Source: Truepera sp. (GTDB taxonomy: Bacteria > Deinococcota > Deinococci > Deinococcales > Trueperaceae). Taken from it: DNA of 64,000 bases. The stretch lies in contig CBDCKW010000005.1 of assembly GCA_965218435.1 (NCBI GenBank), positions 608,001-672,000 of the forward strand, given 5' to 3'. Position 1 is the first letter of the stretch. Every line of letters starts with the position of its first letter. The position numbers and the translations under genes are program-made. Below are positions 59,064 through 64,000 of this stretch, piece after piece. The notes beneath the pieces are model-generated. The model worked only from the letters and a program-made list of their open reading frames with translations. It was not told the origin of the DNA and searched no databases.

Positions 59064-59095
59064 TGCCTAGCCGGGGAGCACTCCCCGGCTAGGCA
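59064..59095. terminator. Strong hairpin after the SBP gene (terminator or mRNA-stabilising stem)
   Basis: TGCCTAGCCGGGGAG-CA-CTCCCCGGCTAGGCA. Followed by an A-run, so no canonical U-tract. Confidence 0.55.
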
Positions 59096-59244
59096 TAAAA
59101 AAGGGCTTGGCTACTGAAAACCTGACCCTACAGGCTTGTATCTAGCGCTTTCCCAGTGATCAAGGATCGGACAAGGGCTATGTCCTTATTTAGCTTAGGC
59201 TAGGTGGGTACGAGTTCTCTTCCTAGGGTTTATGAGGTATCGAA

Positions 59245-59403
59245 GTGGCTGAGCTTTTCGGACGGTGCTGGACTCGCCAAGAGCTGCGCGAACATGTTGG
59301 CGACATTTCAGCCGATACCTTTACGCTCACCCCTAAAGAGTTCTTTGGTGAAGGCTATACAGGTTATGTACAAATCTCAGAACTCGAGTTGTATGGCTAC
59401 TAG
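59245..59403 (+). pseudogene. Chimeric deletion scar: DUF4432-like N-terminus fused to an unrelated C-terminus
   Basis: RBS GAGGT + GTG: MAELFGRCWTRQELREHVGDIS (cf. 7014 MARLWKDYTRKELLQRLG), then ADTFTLTPKEFFGEGYTGYVQISELELYGY*. Confidence 0.55.
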
Positions 59404-59575
59404 GAGAGGTGTTCCAATTTCTTTACTACTCGAGTAAAGTCACGAACCCTGAGCAATATCAATACCACTGCACAATGATGGCTGAGAAGCAAGGCTGACT
59501 TAGTTGCAACACCATAGAGTATTCGTCGCGTGCCATTCGTCTAATCCAACGCATGGCTTCCTGACTCAGTCAGCT

Positions 59576-59584
59576 TGGTATCCT
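59576..59584 (+). promoter_or_regulatory. Extended -10 (TGgTATCCT) 6 nt before GTG: leaderless promoter
   Basis: No SD sequence, TAnnnT box at leaderless spacing. Confidence 0.55.
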
Positions 59585-59590
59585 CACTGA

Positions 59591-61048
59591 GTGGCCCGCA
59601 CTCCCACTCTGAGCTTCGACCGTGGCACCCTGATCTTGCACCCGCCGCCACGCGGCAAAGCGTGGGTCGACTTCGCCACCTGGGACGACCGGGTCGAGAA
59701 GTTTCGAATCCCGGCGCTGCATTACCGGTCTCTGGTTGAAGTGCTCAAAAACACAGGCACCGAGGTCACCGACAAAGCGAAAGCGTTTGGGATTCAGCCG
59801 TTCGAGAAAGCGGGGGCCAGGGAACCGCTCACGCATCAAGCTGAAGGTCTCTCGGCTTGGCTGCAAGGGGGTCGACGCGGTACGGTCGAGTTACCGACCG
59901 GGTCGGGCAAGACGTATCTGGCGCAGCTGGCGATGCGGGCTACCCCGAGAGACACGCTAATCGTGGTGCCCACCCTCGTTTTAATGCACCAGTGGTACGC
60001 CGAGCTCAAAGCGAACTTCGTCGGCGTCGACGTCGGCCTACTAGGGGGCGGCTCGAACGACCGGACGCCTATCTTGATTGCGACGTACGACAGCGCCGCC
60101 ATTCACGCCGAAGCACTTGGCAACCGGTATGGCCTGCTGGTATTCGACGAATGTCATCATCTACCTTCAGGGTTTTATAAAAGCATCGCCGAGTACTCAC
60201 TCGCTCCGTACCGTTTGGGACTGACAGCAACGCTCGAGCGTAGTGACGACAAACACCAAGAACTCGACGAGCTGATCGGGCCGCTGGTCTACCAAAAGAA
60301 ACCTGAGCAGCTGGCCGGTGGGGCGTTAGCCGACCACAAGATCGTGCAGCTCCGGGTTGAACTCTCGAACGACGAACGAGCACGTTACGACAAGCTTAGA
60401 AATGTTCGCGACGCCTTTTTAAGTTCAAACAATATTTACCTGGGGACGCTCGAAGGTTGGCAGCGCTTTGTGATGGCAAGTGCAAGATCGAAAGAGGGAC
60501 GCGCCGCCATGCTCGCCCACCGGGAAGCCCGGGCGTTGGCGTTCGGCACCGAGGCCAAGCTAAGGGTGTTGCGTGAACTGCTCGAGCGCCACGCTACCGA
60601 TAGGCTGCTGATTTTTACCGACGACAACGCCACGGTCTACCGGGTCTCACAAGCACTTTTGATTCCTGCGATTACTCATCAGACCAAGGTCAAAGAGCGC
60701 GACGAGACCCTCACCCGGTTTCGCAGTGGCGTCTATCAAAGGGTCATCACCTCGAAAGTCCTCAACGAAGGCATCGACGTACCCGAAGCCAACGTCGCCA
60801 TCGTCTTATCGGGGACCGGTCAGGTGCGTGAGCATGTCCAGCGGTTAGGTCGCATCTTACGCAAGGGCGAAGGCAAACTGGCGCTACTCTACGAAGTTGT
60901 CGCCGCCGACACCGCCGAAGAGGGCACCTCGAGACGGCGGCGGGGCGAAGACCGTCCTGGTTCGGCTAGACGACCAGAGCCTGAGAGCAGACCCTTATTC
61001 GATACCACCGACAAGATCGACGAACCTTTAACGTTTGAGGACCTTTAA
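59591..61048 (+). CDS. XPB/Rad25-like superfamily 2 DNA helicase
   Basis: LPTGSGKT, DECHH, GLTAT, VLNEGIDVPEA, QRLGRILR. Confidence 0.88.
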   Translation: MARTPTLSFDRGTLILHPPPRGKAWVDFATWDDRVEKFRIPALHYRSLVEVLKNTGTEVTDKAKAFGIQPFEKAGAREPLTHQAEGLSAWLQGGRRGTVELPTGSGKTYLAQLAMRATPRDTLIVVPTLVLMHQWYAELKANFVGVDVGLLGGGSNDRTPILIATYDSAAIHAEALGNRYGLLVFDECHHLPSGFYKSIAEYSLAPYRLGLTATLERSDDKHQELDELIGPLVYQKKPEQLAGGALADHKIVQLRVELSNDERARYDKLRNVRDAFLSSNNIYLGTLEGWQRFVMASARSKEGRAAMLAHREARALAFGTEAKLRVLRELLERHATDRLLIFTDDNATVYRVSQALLIPAITHQTKVKERDETLTRFRSGVYQRVITSKVLNEGIDVPEANVAIVLSGTGQVREHVQRLGRILRKGEGKLALLYEVVAADTAEEGTSRRRRGEDRPGSARRPEPESRPLFDTTDKIDEPLTFEDL

Positions 61049-62286
61049 TGCTGACGACCGACCTGCTCTTACACCGCTATAACGGCGAAGAGGTCACTCC
61101 GACCCGGTTGCCGCTCGACCGTAAGAACCTAGCTTTGGCTGATGAAGTAATGGCTGTCTTTTTTGAAAACAGGGGTAAGAAACGCCTCGAGCTCGATGAA
61201 CAGCTTCTTGCACTCGAGGGAACCGAAACCGACTACCGGGTCAAACGCGGTCTGGCACACCTCCTGACTACCGGCTTCTGCACTTTCGAGACGGTGAGTC
61301 CGTTGGAACCGGTGGCGTTACGTGAACGGGTCTTCAGCCTCTCGGCCACCCGAACCCCGGGCGACCAGATGACAGCTCTAACGCTGCAAGAGGTCGCTGA
61401 CGCCTTGACGCAAGAACTAGGTCGAGAGGTAACCCCGGAAGGAGTCAGTGAAGGACTCTACGCCGACCTCGCTGAAAACCAGCTTCTAATTGGCTTTGAA
61501 GCTCCCGCGAACGAAGCCCTCTTGCACCGCTACAACCTCGCCCAGGTGCAGGGCGTCTTGTACCGGGCGTCCGAACTCGTCATTACCGCCCACCGTAACG
61601 ATCCAGGTGAATACAAGCTGTTGTTCCGTTACCTCAAACTGTTCGGGTTGATGACGACCATCGAAGGCGACGCCGATCACGGCTACACCATCACCATCGA
61701 TGGCCCGACGAGTGTCTTTGGCTCGAGCACCCGTTACGGGGTCGACTTAGCCAAGTTCTTACCCGCCTTACTCCACGTCAGCCGCTGGGAGCTGACCGCT
61801 ACGCTTGCTCCTCGCACACTACCGGACGGTCGGGAAACACCGAACCGCTTCACGCTCGAGTCGGGGTGTGGGCTCGTCTCGCACTATAAGAAGGGCAAGG
61901 TGTTCGACAGCATCATCGAGGAGTCATTCTCAGCAAGCTGGGCCAAGACCAAGACCGAGTGGCGTTTAGAACGAGAAGTCGAACTCGTACCCCTTCCTGG
62001 CAGCGTGATGGTACCCGACTTCCGGCTGGTTCATCCGGATGGGCGTACCTTTGTGCTGGAGATCGTCGGCTACTGGCGTCCTGAGTATCTCAAGAAGAAG
62101 TTCTTCCAGGTCGCCCGTTCAGGTCGCGACGACATCATCTTGCTGGTTTCGGAGCGGCTCAACCTCGAGAACGCTGGTGTTAAGGTACATGAGACACCGG
62201 CTAAGGTGGTGTGGTTCAAGGGCAAGGTCAATCCCAAAGATGTGCTGGCCGTACTCGAGGGTGCTGCAGCTGTGAGTAAAGCCTGA
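61048..62286 (+). CDS. DUF790 family (Bax1-like) nuclease
   Basis: LYADL, RYNLAQVQG.LY, IDGP.S.F..STRYG, FDS..E..F, PDF..LEIVGYWRPEYL. TAATG coupling to the helicase. Confidence 0.85.
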   Translation: MLTTDLLLHRYNGEEVTPTRLPLDRKNLALADEVMAVFFENRGKKRLELDEQLLALEGTETDYRVKRGLAHLLTTGFCTFETVSPLEPVALRERVFSLSATRTPGDQMTALTLQEVADALTQELGREVTPEGVSEGLYADLAENQLLIGFEAPANEALLHRYNLAQVQGVLYRASELVITAHRNDPGEYKLLFRYLKLFGLMTTIEGDADHGYTITIDGPTSVFGSSTRYGVDLAKFLPALLHVSRWELTATLAPRTLPDGRETPNRFTLESGCGLVSHYKKGKVFDSIIEESFSASWAKTKTEWRLEREVELVPLPGSVMVPDFRLVHPDGRTFVLEIVGYWRPEYLKKKFFQVARSGRDDIILLVSERLNLENAGVKVHETPAKVVWFKGKVNPKDVLAVLEGAAAVSKA

Positions 62287-62322
62287 CCTGAAGTGTCAAT
62301 ACGGGTCGGCTACACTAAGACC

Positions 62323-62583
62323 ATGACGTACACTATCGACCGCTTTGAAGATAACAACCTGGCGGTCCTGGAAACCGACGACAGCACTACGGTAGACGTG
62401 CCTCGGACTCAAGTACCCCCTGAAGCCAAAGAAGGGGATGTGCTCATCGAGCTAGCCGAGAACGACTTCGACGGTGAGGTTCGTTACGCCGTGGACGTTG
62501 AGGCGAGCGAACAAAGGCGACGCAAGGTGAGTGACCTGCGGACCTCTCTCCCTACGGTCGCTGAAGGCGATATAGAGCTGTGA
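62323..62583 (+). CDS. DUF3006 family small protein
   Basis: YTIDRFEDN.LAVLE, P...KEGDVL. TACACT -10 box 6 nt before ATG (62311-62316). Confidence 0.8.
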   Translation: MTYTIDRFEDNNLAVLETDDSTTVDVPRTQVPPEAKEGDVLIELAENDFDGEVRYAVDVEASEQRRRKVSDLRTSLPTVAEGDIEL

Positions 62584-63629
62584 AACGCTTTTATGTGCTC
62601 CTTGTCCTTCTCATTACCTGCACTGGCGTGACGCCACCTACGTCTGCTCAAGAGCTCGAGCTGCACTTTATCGACGTGGGTCAGGGTGACAGCGTGCTGA
62701 TCCGGAGCCCTTCAGGTGAGAACGTCCTCTACGACGGCGGCCGCGGCGACGACGCCGTCCTTGCATATTTGCAATCGGTCGGGGTTGAAAGCTTGGACCT
62801 GGTGATCGCCTCGCACCCCGACGCCGACCATATCGGCGGCTTGGAGGCGGTGGTGCATTACTACCAGCCCCGGTTCTTTTTAGACAACAAGATACCCTAC
62901 ACCACCCAAACCTACTTTGGACTGCTCGAGGCGGTTAAAGACGCCGGCAGTCAGCTGATTCCAGCCACCGATAGACGGATCGGTTTAGGCGACGCTTCGT
63001 TACAGGTGATCCCCCCACCTGGTGATGAAAGCTTGGGGAACAACGACAACTCAGTGGGGGTGATCGTTTCGTATGGGGACTTTGGCGCAGCCATGACGGG
63101 TGACGCCGAGCAACCTGAGTTTGCCTGGTGGCTTGCTAACGTACCCGACTTGCTCAGACCGGTCGAGGTCTATAAGTCGTCACACCACGGCTCTCCTAAT
63201 GGGGACAGCCCCGATAGTGTCGAGACGTTCAGCCCGGAGACGGTCGTCGTCTCCGTCGGACTCGACAACTCGTATGGCCATCCCTCACCTGAAGCACTCG
63301 CCTTGTACGAGAGCATCGGGGCGAACGTCTACCGGACCGATCTGCAAGGCACCATCATCGTCACCGCTTCAGCTGATGGAACGTACCGGGTCAACGCCGA
63401 CCCGAGTGAGCCCACGGTGTCTACACCAGCACCCAGCGTAGTGGAAGAAGAACCGGCAAGTGAGCTAAGCTCGAGCCTTGCGTACGACCCTTTCGGCCCG
63501 GATAAAGACTGTGGAGATTTCGCTTCACAAGCCGAAGCGCAAGCGTTCTATGAGGCAGCAGGTGGACCCGCGAGCGACCCGCACCGACTTGACGGGAACG
63601 ATGACGGCGTGGCGTGTGAGTCGAACTAA
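62580..63629 (+). CDS. Exported ComEC/Rec2-like metallo-beta-lactamase-fold hydrolase with C-terminal Excalibur Ca-binding domain
   Basis: Signal peptide, IDVGQGDS, SHPDADHIGG, HHGS, YGHP, RTD.QG. C-terminal DKDCGDF..DPHRLDGNDDGVACE. Confidence 0.85.
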   Translation: MKRFYVLLVLLITCTGVTPPTSAQELELHFIDVGQGDSVLIRSPSGENVLYDGGRGDDAVLAYLQSVGVESLDLVIASHPDADHIGGLEAVVHYYQPRFFLDNKIPYTTQTYFGLLEAVKDAGSQLIPATDRRIGLGDASLQVIPPPGDESLGNNDNSVGVIVSYGDFGAAMTGDAEQPEFAWWLANVPDLLRPVEVYKSSHHGSPNGDSPDSVETFSPETVVVSVGLDNSYGHPSPEALALYESIGANVYRTDLQGTIIVTASADGTYRVNADPSEPTVSTPAPSVVEEEPASELSSSLAYDPFGPDKDCGDFASQAEAQAFYEAAGGPASDPHRLDGNDDGVACESN

Positions 63630-63670
63630 GACCAACCTGGACGAACGTCCCGTGATTAGGAAAGGACCTT

Positions 63671-63871
63671 ATGACAACGAAGCTAGGCTTGACCCAACCT
63701 CATACGCCTTTTGTCCCCCCGTCGGAGAATCCCAATCCCGAGATGCCCGTCACCCCGCCGGCAGAACCGGGCACCGAACCCGAAGTGCCTGAAAAACCGC
63801 AGCCGGACAACCAGCCCGACTTACCCGACCGACCCGAGTCGGAACCTTCCGAGCCGCTCGAGCCTCGCTGA
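63671..63871 (+). CDS. Small Pro/Glu-rich hypothetical protein (66 aa)
   Basis: RBS AAAGGA, low-complexity PEP repeats. Confidence 0.55.
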   Translation: MTTKLGLTQPHTPFVPPSENPNPEMPVTPPAEPGTEPEVPEKPQPDNQPDLPDRPESEPSEPLEPR

Positions 63872-63907
63872 GCCGAACCTCACCCGTCATTAGCTAGGAG
63901 GTTGTCT

Positions 63908-64000
63908 ATGATCCTGTTGACCTACGACACGCCAAGACCTAGACCTGGTACCTTTCCCGGCGTTCCGGACACCGTGGACAACCTACCCGATCTGCCCGAG
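63908..64000 (+). CDS. Pro-rich hypothetical protein, runs off window
   Basis: RBS AGGAGG, MILLTYDTPRPRPGTFPGVPDTVDNLPDLPE... Confidence 0.5.
   Translation, partial: MILLTYDTPRPRPGTFPGVPDTVDNLPDLPE

Noticed and set aside
6434..59139. Shared 13-mer CCTACAGGCTTGT at 6434 and 59127
   Set aside because: Isolated 13-bp matches are expected by chance in 64 kb, and there is no further similarity.
59591..63629. Four-gene anti-phage defence operon
   Set aside because: No defence-island context, and DUF3006 has its own promoter-like box. Repair/nuclease roles are more parsimonious without further data.
1..64000. CRISPR array, tRNA, rRNA, riboswitch
   Set aside because: No regularly spaced repeats or recognisable RNA gene signatures were seen by eye. 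A covariance-model scan would be needed to exclude small RNAs.

Overview
Bacterial chromosomal window. It is most likely Deinococcota (Truepera/Meiothermus-like), inferred from strong CTCGAG enrichment, 'AxAQ' signal peptides and leaderless -10 boxes 6 nt before start codons. About 59 kb is a dense carbohydrate/small-molecule catabolism region: five ABC transporter sets, four regulators (DeoR, FadR, HutC/UTRA-type GntR, LacI) and many redox enzymes. The most notable content is an uncharacterised enzyme module present twice in diverged, reshuffled form: SIS (UPF0309-like) + a specific SDR + FAD-dependent oxidoreductase + phosphotriesterase-like protein + sugar kinase (10.3-15.8 kb and 34-39.9 kb). 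The second copy also carries an internally deleted KDPG-aldolase-like gene. Two interleaved regulons can be read from the DNA (TGGTACGGACCA x3; CGCAATCGATTGCG x3), and they appear to cross-wire a split ABC transporter. A nested IS pile-up at 47.5-52 kb comprises an IS30 in the IS3 integrase motif, an IS5 in an IS1595, and an IS1595 with an RHH passenger sharing a duplicated promoter/operator with the transposase. Several deletion scars are present. The window ends with an XPB-like helicase/DUF790 nuclease pair, a DUF3006/ComEC-like MBL pair and small Pro-rich ORFs. No rRNA, tRNA or CRISPR array was seen. All family calls come from motif recognition, not from database searches.
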